64,000 nt of DNA from an uncultured Actinomycetota bacterium (GTDB lineage: Bacteria; Actinomycetota; Actinomycetes; Mycobacteriales; SCTD01): assembly GCA_963844295.1 (NCBI GenBank), contig CAWJNR010000002.1, positions 752,374 to 816,373 of the forward strand. Reading direction: 5' to 3'. Below the pieces are notes generated by a model that searched no databases, was not told where the DNA came from, and saw nothing but the letters and a program-made list of their open reading frames with translations. Of this stretch, positions 46,355 through 55,697 are shown piece by piece; the stretch's first letter is position 1, and each line of letters opens with the position of its first letter. A program made the position numbers and the translations under genes.

Positions 46355-46697
46355 TCAGCGGGCGCGGCGCAGCATCCCTGGCACGAACCACAGACCTGCC
46401 GTCGCGACGCCGAACGTCCCCGCGACCGCCGTGGCCACCGCCCGCTCCAGGAGCACGTCGGCGACCAGCAGCAGCACGGCCGTCAGGGCCAGGCACAGCA
46501 GGGCGAGTCCGACGACGGACCCGGCGCTGGAAGGCGTCGACGCTGTCGAACCGCGCCGAGAACGGCACGGTCAGCAGCAGCGAGAACAGGATCGCGACAC
46601 CGGTCTGGGTGACCCGCAGCTCGCCGAGCAGCTCGTCCCAGTTGCGGTCGGCGCGCTCGAGCGGGGTCTCGCCGCGGTGCTCGACGGGATCGGTCAC
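46355..46697 (-). pseudogene. DUF6328-like membrane protein, apparently with an internal deletion and frameshift
   Basis: ETPLERADRNWDELLGELRVTQTGVAILF...PF jumps near 46525 to the C-terminal TM helices in another frame. Confidence 0.6.
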
Positions 46698-46732
46698 AGA
46701 CGAGTCCTACACCCCGCGCCTAGCCTGGCCCG

Positions 46733-47258
46733 GTGCGGCTGTTCGTGTCCCTGCGTCCGCCCGAGACGGCGGTGGCGCACCTGCGCGCGGCGCTGCCGCG
46801 GTGGCCGGGCCCGGCGGACCGGTGGCACGTCACGCTGGCCTTCCTCGGCGACGACGCCGACCCGGCGGTCGTCGACGCGTCGCTCGCTTCCGCGCTGGAC
46901 GGCGCCCCGGCGGTCGAGCTGGCGCTGGCCGGCAGCGGCGCCTTCGGCCGGCGGACCGGCATGGGTCGGGGTCGCCGGCGACCTGGACGGGCTGCACGCG
47001 CTGGCCGCGCGCACGGCCGCCGCCGCCCGGGAGGCCGGCGTCGTGCTGGAGGAGCGGCGCTACCGGCCCCACCTCACGGTCGGCCGGCTGGACCCGGCGC
47101 TCCTCAGCGGCTACCGCGGGCCGACGTGGACCGCACGGGAGGTCGAGCTCGTCCGCAGCGACCTCGGTCGCCCGGTGGTGCACACCGTGCTCGCGCGCTA
47201 CCCGCTCGGTCAGCCGTGCAGCGCGCCGTCGGTCTCCGACAGCACGATCTCGTCGTAG
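46733..47258 (+). CDS. thpR: RNA 2',3'-cyclic phosphodiesterase (2H family), frameshifted
   Basis: MRLFV, HVTLAFLG and PHLTVGR (two HxT motifs). Confidence 0.85.
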
Positions 47259-47489
47259 GCGAGGTCGCGCGACCAGCGCGGCCGGCGGCGTCCAGCCCTT
47301 GCCCATGAGGTGCCGGTAGAGGGCGGTCCGCGCCTCGAGCACGCCCTCGGCGGCGGCCAGGCTGCGGTCGAGCAGCTCCTGCTCGAGCACGCCCGCGCGC
47401 ATCCGGTCCTCGAGCCCGTCGCGCTTGATGACGGCGGCGTGCAGGGACCAGAAGTGGGCCAGCAGCTCGTGGTCGCGGTCGTTGTCCAC
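47210..47489 (-). CDS. small hypothetical protein, frameshift near 47270
   Basis: ARTALYRHLMGKGWTPP..., then DLAYDEIVL in a shifted frame. Confidence 0.55.
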
Positions 47490-47507
47490 GTGCCACCCCC
47501 GTCCGGT

Positions 47508-48092
47508 CTAGTCGAAGATCTTCCCCTTCTCGGCGGCCTGAGGCAACTGCTGAACGGGTGAGAGGGTGACATCTCCCTGTCTGTCCAGGATCGCCCCGAG
47601 GACGGCGTCGTACGCCTGGTCGGCGAGGGCGGTCATCTCCTCGTCGGTGCGGTCCTGGATCGGGTGCGGCACCAGGACGTACGGGACGGCGAGGCCGAGC
47701 GCGCGGGACTGCGCGTCAGCGGCGTCCTGGAACTCGCTGCTGGCCAGGAAGACCCCCACCAGGCCGCGGCCCTCGAGGTCGGCGATGTCGTGCACACTGC
47801 ACGACGCGCAGCTGCCTCAATCGGCGAGCGCCTCGATGACCACCTCGCACTGCACGGCGATCTCGTGCCGCAGGTCGACGGGTGCGGGCTTGGAGAACGT
47901 CGGCTTGGCGTAGCGCCGGACGGTGACGCCGTCCTCGACGAGCCGGGCCTCGAGCCGGTCGAGCAGCACGTTCCCGCGCGGCTTGGAGATGTCGAGCAGC
48001 CCGACGGTCAGGCCGTCGAGCGAGGCCGGCCGCGGGTTCAGGGTGCGCGTCGCGGGGACGCGCTCGGACGTGGGGTCGAGCAGGACGCGCAT
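47508..48092 (-). CDS. UGSC-family selenoprotein (TGA 47819-47817 read as Sec92; 194 aa)
   Basis: ...EALAD-TGA-GSCASCSVHD... in frame; SECIS-like hairpin; start overlaps the upstream stop (TGATG). Confidence 0.88.
47787..47805 (-). promoter_or_regulatory. putative bacterial SECIS element
   Basis: On the minus strand, 11 nt after the TGA: GTCGTGCA-GTG-TGCACGAC, 8-bp stem. Confidence 0.75.
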
Positions 48093-49531
48093 CAGACCGG
48101 GCTCCTGTCGGGGTGCGGGATCGGGACGGTGGTGGGCTCGCTGCCGCCGGCGCCGCTGACCCAGCCCGGGACGATCGTGGAGAACAGCCCGGCGGTGCTG
48201 CCGGCGTGCGCGATGAGCAGGCCACCGGGACGGAACTTCGGCAGCGGTACGGCCTCGAAGCCCGGCGGCATCCCCTCGGCGATGCCGTCGACGCCGCGCG
48301 AGAGCTCGGCACCCGGGACGGTGAGCAGCTCCTCGAGCTCGGCGAGCAGCCGGGCGCGGTCCCAGCCGGCGTCGCGGAACACCCGGCCGTGCTCCGGGCT
48401 CAGGACGAGCAGCGCGTCGAAGACGATGGCCAGCTTGGGGTGGCCGACACCGCGCAGGCCGGCGGCGAGGCTGCGCGCCAGCGACTCCGGGGTGCGCGAG
48501 AGCTGGTCGACGACGGGCCACCAGCCGCAGCCGGCGAACAGCGTGAGCGCCGATCCCTCGACGCCCCGGCTCGCGGCCAGCGGGTCGAAGGGCGAGCCGT
48601 CCTCGTCCTCGGCGAAGCAGGCGGTGTACTTGCCGGGCTGGCCCTGGGTGCCGCGGTCGACCTCGCCGGGGCGGCCGCCGCCCACGTTGCGCACGACCAG
48701 CTGCAGCGCCCGGCCGATGGTGGCGTTGGCGCGGTTGCCCTGCCCCAGCGCGTTCATCCCGCTGTTCATCCCGACCGCCATGGCGACCGGCCCGTTGACG
48801 ACGATGACCGGCGTGGCCGGCATCGTCGTCGCCAGCACTCCGTGGACGTTGAACGCGTCGGTGCAGGCCGCCTCGACCGCGGCCAGCACCACCGGCAGGT
48901 GCTCGGGCAGGCAGCCGGCGAGCACGGCGTTGACCGCGACCTTCTCCACCGTGCACTCCACGAGGTCCGGCGGCACCACGGCGACGACCTCGTCGGGTGC
49001 GCGCGTCGTCCCGGTCAGCATCGCGAGCACCCGCTGCTCGGTCGGCGGGACGACCGGCAGGCCGTCGGTCCAGCCGCGGGCGTACGCCGCCTCGTGCTCG
49101 TCCTCGAGGTCGGCCAGCTCGACGGTGCGGCTGCTGAGCACGCGATCGCCGTACTTCCGCTCGAGCTCCTCCTCGACGCCCCACTCCACCGAGCGGGAGC
49201 CGCAGCCGGGCCGGTGGTCGGGCAGGCCCTCGCCCAGCCCGGTGACCCCCGTGAGCTCCTCCCAGGAGCCGCGCAGCCAGCCCACCGTACGGGCGACCTC
49301 GGTGCCGTCCTCGACGCGCAGCAGCGTCGGGACGGTGTCGACCTGCAGCCGCCAGCTCGTCTCGAGCTCGCGGTCGTCCACGACCGGCACGCCGGCGGGG
49401 AAGCCCGGGTCGTCCTGGCTGTAGACGGTCAGCTCGCCCGCGCCGGCCAGCTGCTGCAGGACCGGCTCGACGAGGGTGCAGGTCGGGCAGTCGCGCTTGA
49501 CCACGGCCACCCAGCCGTCCGGGAGCTCCAC
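48092..49531 (-). CDS. thioredoxin-like CxxC domain fused to a large uncharacterised domain (UGSC partner)
   Basis: KRDCPTC, VPTL (cis-Pro-like), RPGCGS, GWTDGLPVVPPT, KVAVNAVLAGC, NRANATIGRAL. Confidence 0.85.
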   Translation of the reverse strand: MELPDGWVAVVKRDCPTCTLVEPVLQQLAGAGELTVYSQDDPGFPAGVPVVDDRELETSWRLQVDTVPTLLRVEDGTEVARTVGWLRGSWEELTGVTGLGEGLPDHRPGCGSRSVEWGVEEELERKYGDRVLSSRTVELADLEDEHEAAYARGWTDGLPVVPPTEQRVLAMLTGTTRAPDEVVAVVPPDLVECTVEKVAVNAVLAGCLPEHLPVVLAAVEAACTDAFNVHGVLATTMPATPVIVVNGPVAMAVGMNSGMNALGQGNRANATIGRALQLVVRNVGGGRPGEVDRGTQGQPGKYTACFAEDEDGSPFDPLAASRGVEGSALTLFAGCGWWPVVDQLSRTPESLARSLAAGLRGVGHPKLAIVFDALLVLSPEHGRVFRDAGWDRARLLAELEELLTVPGAELSRGVDGIAEGMPPGFEAVPLPKFRPGGLLIAHAGSTAGLFSTIVPGWVSGAGGSEPTTVPIPHPDRSPV

Positions 49532-49538
49532 CCGTCGG

Positions 49539-49548
49539 ACGCTAGCCT
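49539..49548. promoter_or_regulatory. overlapping divergent -10 elements (leaderless)
   Basis: + strand TAGCCT (49543-48) 6 nt before GTG 49555; - strand TAGCGT (49544-39) 7 nt before GTG 49531. Confidence 0.6.
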
Positions 49549-49554
49549 GCCGCT

Positions 49555-50643
49555 GTGATCTCGACGACACCGCGGGTCCCCGTGGACGTCCTCGCCCGGG
49601 AGACCGGCTGGGAGGTCAAGCCGCAGGGCGCCTGCCGCGACGAGCAGTGCGTGCCGCTGCCGCCCGGCGCGCTGCAGGACGGCGCCGTCGACCTGGCGGC
49701 GTTCGCCGAGCGGATGTCCCGGCCGCTGCTGCACGACGAGGCCGAGGGCTTGTGGTCGCTCGGTCCGCAGGGTGGCGGCCGCGCGATGACCTCGGTCGAG
49801 GCTCCGGACCTGGTTCTGCCGACGCTGACCGGGGAGCCGTTCCCGCTGGCCGCCCTGCGCGGCAGGAAGGTGCTCATCGCCGCCTGGGCGAGCTGGTGAG
49901 GCTGCCGCTTCGACCTGCCGGTCTGGCAGGCACTGCGCACGGAGCTCGCCCCGTCGGGGTTCGAGCTGTACAGCGTGGCGATGGACGCGACCGCCGAGGC
50001 GGCAGCGCCCTTCGCGCAGGGCGTCGACTTCCCGGTCGTGGTCGATGCGCGGCACCTGCTCGGTGAGCTGTTCGGCGTCGTCAACGTCCCCTCCGGCATC
50101 TGGGTCGACGAGGACGGCACCGTGGTCCGCCCGCCGGAGACGGCCTACCCGGCGCGGCCGGCCTTCGGCGAGCTCGACCTCGACGACCCCGACCTGGTCG
50201 CCGCGATGCCGGAACCTGCGGTCCGGCGGCTGCGGACCGTGCAGCCGTTCCTGAAGCAGATGCGGATCGACCCCGAGGGCTACGTCGCGGCGCTGCGCGA
50301 CTGGGTGGAGCTCGGCGCCGACAGCCGGTTCGCGCTGTCGGCGGACGAGGTGCTCGAGCGCTCCCGGCCGCGGCCCGTCGAGCAGGCGCAGGCCGCGGCA
50401 GCCTTCGCGCTCGGTCAGCACCTGCACGCCGGCGGGCGGCCGGACGCGGCCGTGCGCTGGTTCCGCGAGAGCCACCGGCTGCAGCCCGACAACTGGACCT
50501 ACCGCCGGCAGGCCTGGTCGCTGATCGACCCGTCGCAGGGTCCGACCGATCAGTACGAGGGGGACTGGCTCAGCGATGTCCGGCGCGAGGGGGCCGAGGA
50601 CTACTACGCACCGCTGGAGCTCGAGCCGCGCCGCCCCCGCTGA
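49555..50643 (+). CDS. ResA/TlpA-like selenoprotein, WASW-U-GC motif (TGA 49897-49899 read as Sec115; 362 aa)
   Basis: APDL.LP..TGE...LRGRKVLIAAWASW-TGA-GCRFDLPVW continues in frame to FPVVVD...NVPSGIWVDEDG and a helical C-terminal region. Confidence 0.88.
49914..49930 (+). promoter_or_regulatory. putative bacterial SECIS element
   Basis: CCTGCC-GGTCT-GGCAGG; 20 nt between the TGA and the loop. Confidence 0.75.
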
Positions 50644-50701
50644 CGCCGCGAGGACGTCGCAGCGCCCCGACCGGCTGACTCCGACCGCTCAGCCCGACCG
50701 C

Positions 50702-52367
50702 TCAGCCCGACCGTCCGGCCACAGCGGCCCGGGAGGAGGCCGCGTCCCGGGCGGCGAGGGCCAGTCGAGCGAGGTTCTCGCAGGACTCGAGGGTGCGGGT
50801 GGCCAGCGCCGCTCGGACAGCGGGCAGCGACGCGGACGACATCGACAGGCTGGTGATCCCCATCCCGACCAGCACCGGCGCGAGCAGCGGGTCGGCCGCC
50901 GCCTCGCCGCAGATGCTCACCGACTTGCCGGCCTCGCGGCCGGCCGTGGCGCACATCGCCAGCAGCTGCAGCAGGGCCGGTTGCCACGGGTCGAGCAGGT
51001 CGGCCAGCTCGCCGTTCATCCGGTCGGTCGCCAGGGCGTACTGGCTCAGGTCGTTGGTGCCGATGCTGAGGAAGTCGACGACCTCCAGGATGCGGGCCGC
51101 CTGCAGCGCCGCGGCGGGGACCTCGACCATGACGCCGGCCTTGGACAGCCCGAGCGCGTGCACCTGATCGGCGAAGGCCGCAGCCTCCTCGACGGTCGAC
51201 ACCATCGGCGCCATCACCCAGACGTCGGCGCCGGTGCGGGCGGCTGCGCGGGCGACGGCGCCGAGCTGGTCGGCGAGCACCTCGGGGCGACGGCGCGCGA
51301 CGCGCAGGCCTCGTACGCCCAGGGCCGGGTTCTCCTCGGGGTCCAGAGCCAGGAACGGCAGCGGCTTGTCGGCGCCCGCGTCGAGCGTGCGCAGCACGAT
51401 CTTCGCGCCGCCCATCGCCTCGAACATCTGCGCGTAGGCCTGCTCCTGCTCCTGCGCGCTGGGTGCGGTGGTCCGCCCGAGGTAGAGGAACTCGGACCTG
51501 AAGAGCCCGACGCCCTCGAAGGACTCGTCACCCGCGGCCCCTGCGAGGTCCTCGACCGAGCCGACGTTGCGCAGCAGCTTGACCGGGTGGCCGTCCGCCG
51601 TGCGGCCCGGACCCGCGATCGCGGCCTGCGCGAGCCGCGCGGCGTCGGCCTCCGCCTGGGCGCCGGCCACCTCGTCGTCGGCGATCTGCCTCACGGCGCC
51701 GGTCGTGCCGTCGACGAGCACGGCGGTCCCGTCGACGAGCTCGAGCACGCCGCGGCAGGAGACGACCGCCGGGATGCCCAAGGCCCGGGCCAGGATGGCG
51801 GTGTGGCTGGTCGGGCCGCCGCGCGCCGTCACCAGCGCGCGGACCTGGCTGCGGTCGAGCTGCGCGGTGTCGGCGGGAGCGAGGTCGTCGGCGATGAGGA
51901 CGAACGGCACGCCCGGGGACGGGACGCCCGGCATGGACGCCCCGAGCAGGACGGCGACGGCCCGTGCCCGGATGTCGTCGAGGTCGGCCGCGCGCTCCCC
52001 GAGGTAGCCGCCCAGGTCCACGAAGATCGCCTGCTGCTCGCGCAGCGCGGCGTCGACCGCCCACGGCGCGCCGGCGCCCTCGAGCACCCGGCCGACCACC
52101 GACTCGGCCAGCACCGGGTCGCGGGCCATGAGGGCCTGCGCCTGCAGCACGTCCGCGGCAGTGGAGGTCGCCGTCGCCGCCCGCCGCTCGAGGTCGGTCG
52201 CGACCTGCTCGAGCGCCGCCACGGCGCGGGCCGCCTCGCCGGTCAGGTCCTCGACGGGACCGGCCTGCGCGGGGAGTGCCGGGGGCGGGGCCAGGCAGTA
52301 CACGGGCCCCGCACCCGTGCCCGGGCGAGACCGCGATGCCGCTGAGCGCCGCGGCCAGGTCAGGCAT
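50702..52367 (-). CDS. ptsI: PTS enzyme I, frameshift near the N-terminus
   Basis: GGPTSHTAILARALGIP, GVGLFRSE, RTLDAGADK, SIGTNDLSQY, ICGE. Confidence 0.93.
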
Positions 52368-52644
52368 CCGCAGGAGCCGGCGCGTCGTGGTCCTGCTGCA
52401 GCAGCTCGACCAGGGCGTCCAGCGCCGCGTCGGCGCCGTCCCCCTCGGCCTCCAGCACGACGGTGTCGCCGTTCTTGGCGCCGAGCGCCAGGACGCCGAG
52501 CATGCTGCGGGCGTCGACGAGCCTCCCGTCGGGCTTGCCGATCTTCACCGGGATCCCGGCCGCCGCGCTGGCCTGGACGAAGATCGCGGCTGGCCGGGCG
52601 TGCAGCCCGACTCGTGAGCCGATGGTCGCCTCGCGTCGTGCCAT
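52360..52644 (-). CDS. ptsH: phosphocarrier HPr
   Basis: GLHARPAA, DARSMLGVLAL. Confidence 0.93.
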   Translation of the reverse strand: MARREATIGSRVGLHARPAAIFVQASAAAGIPVKIGKPDGRLVDARSMLGVLALGAKNGDTVVLEAEGDGADAALDALVELLQQDHDAPAPADA

Positions 52645-52680
52645 GGAGTTCCTCCTCGAGAAGTGCTGCAGGGGAGTGCC

Positions 52681-53721
52681 TTACGGCTCGACGGTGACCT
52701 TGATGGCCTCGCCGCGCGCAACGACCCCGAAGGCGTCGAGGACGCCCTCCAGCGGGAGCCGGTGGGTGATCAGGTCGAGCACCGGGACGTCGCCGGAGGC
52801 GATGAGCTCCAGGGCGCGCTTGTTGTGCGACGGGCTCGACCCGTTCGCGCCGACCACCGTCAGCTCGCGGTAGTGCACGAGGTTGGAGTCCAGCGTGATG
52901 GTCGGCTTGTCCTTGGGCAGCCCGCCGAACAGGCTGATCCGGCCGCCGCGAGCCGCCATCAGCAGCGCCTCCTCCTGGGCGGCTCCCGACGCCGCCGCGG
53001 TGATGACGACGTCTGCGCCGCGTCCATCGGTCGCCTTCAAGACCGCGTCGACCGCGTCGGTCTCGCCGCTGCAGATGGCCTCGTCGGGGCCCACGACTCC
53101 CGCCGACAGGTCCAGCCGCGACCGGTTGAGCTCGACGAGCAGCACCTGCGCCGCGCCGCGCGAGCGAGCCAGGCGCACGTGCAGGCAGCCGATCGGGCCC
53201 GCACCCACGACGACGACGACGTCGCCGGGGCCGACGCCGGCCAGCTCCTGGCCGTTCAGCACGCAGGCGAGCGGCTCGGCGACCGAGGCCTCCGCGAAGC
53301 TGATCCCGTCGGGGATGCGGTTCAGCCCGTCGACGGCGAGCACCTGCTGGGGCACGACGAGGTACTCGGCGAAGCCGCCCTCGTAGTGGTAGCCGACCGA
53401 GGTCTGGTTCGGGCAGATCGTCATGCGACCGCGCTCGCACTCCGCGCACGCGCCGCACGGGACCGCGGCGATGACCTGGACCCGGTCACCGGCGGCCCAG
53501 CCGCTGACGCCGTCGCCGACGTCGACGACCTCACCGGCGACCTCGTGGCCCATGACCCGCGGCGGGTCGATGTGCTGGTGGCCGTGGTTGAGGATCTTGA
53601 CGTCGGTGCCGCAGGTGGAGCAGGCGCGCACGCGGATCTTCACCTCGCCGGGGCCGACCTGCGGCTCGGGGGCGTCCTCCAGCCGTACGTCGCCGGGCTC
53701 GTAGAAGCGGGCCACTCTCAT
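52681..53721 (-). CDS. Zn-dependent (MDR) polyol/sugar-phosphate dehydrogenase
   Basis: CGTD, GHE, CGACAEC...C, GAGPIG. Confidence 0.9.
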   Translation of the reverse strand: MRVARFYEPGDVRLEDAPEPQVGPGEVKIRVRACSTCGTDVKILNHGHQHIDPPRVMGHEVAGEVVDVGDGVSGWAAGDRVQVIAAVPCGACAECERGRMTICPNQTSVGYHYEGGFAEYLVVPQQVLAVDGLNRIPDGISFAEASVAEPLACVLNGQELAGVGPGDVVVVVGAGPIGCLHVRLARSRGAAQVLLVELNRSRLDLSAGVVGPDEAICSGETDAVDAVLKATDGRGADVVITAAASGAAQEEALLMAARGGRISLFGGLPKDKPTITLDSNLVHYRELTVVGANGSSPSHNKRALELIASGDVPVLDLITHRLPLEGVLDAFGVVARGEAIKVTVEP

Positions 53722-54188
53722 GCGGGGGTCTCCTCGTCGTCTGCGGACAGGCCGGCGAGCAGCGCCAGCACGTCCTGGGGGTCGGTGGCGGAGCGGAGGC
53801 GCTCGGCGGCGTCGCCGTCCAGAAGCAGGACGGCCAGCCCCGACAGCACCTCGACGTGCTCCTCGCCGCTGGCGGCGATGGCGACGCAGACCCGGGTGTC
53901 GTTGCCGTCCCAGTCCACGCCGTCCGGGAACTGCAGGACGGCGAGCGTGGTCCGCCGGACCAGCGCCCGGGCGGCGTCGGTGCCGTGGGGGATCGCGACG
54001 CCCTCGCCGATGAAGGTCGAGACGGAGCGCTCGCGCTCGAGCATGGCGGCGGCGTAGGCAGGTTCGACCGCGCCGAGCTCGACGAGCAGCGCGCCGGCCT
54101 GCCGCACCGCGTCCCACTTGTCGACGGCCGTCAGTCCGAGACGGATCCCCTCGAGCTGCAGGACGCGGTCGGTGAGCTGGTCACCCAT
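53718..54188 (-). CDS. mtlF: PTS EIIA (mannitol/fructose family)
   Basis: ERE..STFIGEGVAIPHG, GVDW. Confidence 0.85.
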   Translation of the reverse strand: MGDQLTDRVLQLEGIRLGLTAVDKWDAVRQAGALLVELGAVEPAYAAAMLERERSVSTFIGEGVAIPHGTDAARALVRRTTLAVLQFPDGVDWDGNDTRVCVAIAASGEEHVEVLSGLAVLLLDGDAAERLRSATDPQDVLALLAGLSADDEETPA

Positions 54189-54489
54189 CGAGGGTCCCGC
54201 CGTCGCGGATCGCGGCCTCGACCTGGTCGAAGGCGGGGTCGCCCATGAAGACCTGGAACGGCACCACGACCGCGTCCGGTGCGGTGCCCCGGGCGCGCTG
54301 GGCGAGTCCGCTGTGGCAGAGCACGACCTGCGCGTCGGCCGGGATGGAGTTGACGGCGACGTGCTCGACGGCGACGTCGTACTTCTTGAGGCGCTTGCGC
54401 ATCTGGCTGGCCAGCATGACGCTGCTGCCCATCCCGGCGTCGCAGGCGATGACGACCTTGTGGACCGAACCCCCTGCGATGGTGGGCAT
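54181..54489 (-). CDS. PTS EIIB (mannitol family), standalone
   Basis: VIACDAGMGSS. Confidence 0.88.
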   Translation of the reverse strand: MPTIAGGSVHKVVIACDAGMGSSVMLASQMRKRLKKYDVAVEHVAVNSIPADAQVVLCHSGLAQRARGTAPDAVVVPFQVFMGDPAFDQVEAAIRDGGTLDG

Positions 54490-54490
54490 C

Positions 54491-55681
54491 TCAGGCCTCC
54501 GCGGTGGTGCTGCGGACCGAGGCGCCGGCGGGCGTGCCCGAGGCGGCGGGGGTGGCCGTGCTGGCAGGGGTCGCGGAGGAGGCGAGCACCGGGACCTGGT
54601 CCTCGGTCGGAGCGGCGTCGGCCTCGGCCTTCTCGCCGCGCCCGAAGCCGAGCAGCAGCGAGGCGACGGCGAAGGAGACGGCCGTCGCGACGATGATCGA
54701 CAGCAGCACGCTGATGAAGCCTCCCCGCGGGGTGACCGCGGCGTAGGCGAAGATGCTGCCGGGGGACGGGGTGGAGACCAGCCCCGCGCCCGTGACCATG
54801 GCCGTTCCCACGCCGGCAGCACCGCCGGCGATCGCCGCGAGGATCAGCTTGGGCTTCATGAGGACGTACGGGAAGTAGATCTCGTGGATGCCGCCCAGGA
54901 AGTGGATGACCATCGCGCCGGGCACCGACAGGCGCAGCAGCCGCGGGCCGAAGAAGAAGTAGGCGAGCAGGATGCCCAGGCCCGGGCCGGGGTTGGTCTC
55001 GACCATGAACAGCACCGACTTGCCGGTCTCCGCGGCCTCGGCGACGCCGAGCGGGGACAGCACGCCGAAGTTGATGGCGTTGTTGAGGAAGAGCACCTTG
55101 GCCGGCTCGACGATGATCGACACCAGCGGCAGCGCGTTGGCGTCCACGAGGAAGTCCACCCCGTTGCCAGCGCCCTCGGTGAGCGCCTCGACGACCGGAC
55201 CGATGCCGAGCAGACCGGCCAGGGCGGCGAGCACGCCGAGGATGCCGGCCGTGAAGTTGTCCACCAGCATCTCGAAGCCGACCTTCACCTTGTCCTGGAT
55301 GAAGCCGTCGATGAGCTTCAGGACGTACGCGGTGGCCGGACCGATGATCATGGCGCCGAGGAACATCGGGATCTCGGTGCCGACCACCACGCCCATGGTC
55401 GCGACCGCGCCCACGACGGCGCCGCGCTGGCCGTGCACGAGCCGGCCGCCGGTGTAGCCGATGAGCACGGGCAGCAGCACCGTGATGATCGGGCCGACGA
55501 GCTTGGCCAGCTCCTCGTTCGGGATCCAGCCGGTGGGGATGAACATCGCGGTGATGAGGCCCCACGCGATGAAGGCGGCGATGTTCGGCATGATCATGCC
55601 GGCGAGGTAGCCACCACCGCGCTGGATGCGTGCCTTGAGCCCGGCCCCTTCGAGGTGCTTGGCGTCTGCGACTGCGGTCAT
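54491..55681 (-). CDS. mtlA: PTS EIIC (mannitol family)
   Basis: MIMPNIAAFIAWG, EPAKVLFLNNAIN, ETNPGPGLG, GGIHEIYFPY. Confidence 0.9.
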   Translation of the reverse strand: MTAVADAKHLEGAGLKARIQRGGGYLAGMIMPNIAAFIAWGLITAMFIPTGWIPNEELAKLVGPIITVLLPVLIGYTGGRLVHGQRGAVVGAVATMGVVVGTEIPMFLGAMIIGPATAYVLKLIDGFIQDKVKVGFEMLVDNFTAGILGVLAALAGLLGIGPVVEALTEGAGNGVDFLVDANALPLVSIIVEPAKVLFLNNAINFGVLSPLGVAEAAETGKSVLFMVETNPGPGLGILLAYFFFGPRLLRLSVPGAMVIHFLGGIHEIYFPYVLMKPKLILAAIAGGAAGVGTAMVTGAGLVSTPSPGSIFAYAAVTPRGGFISVLLSIIVATAVSFAVASLLLGFGRGEKAEADAAPTEDQVPVLASSATPASTATPAASGTPAGASVRSTTAEA

Positions 55682-55697
55682 GAAGAGCGCTCCTGGG

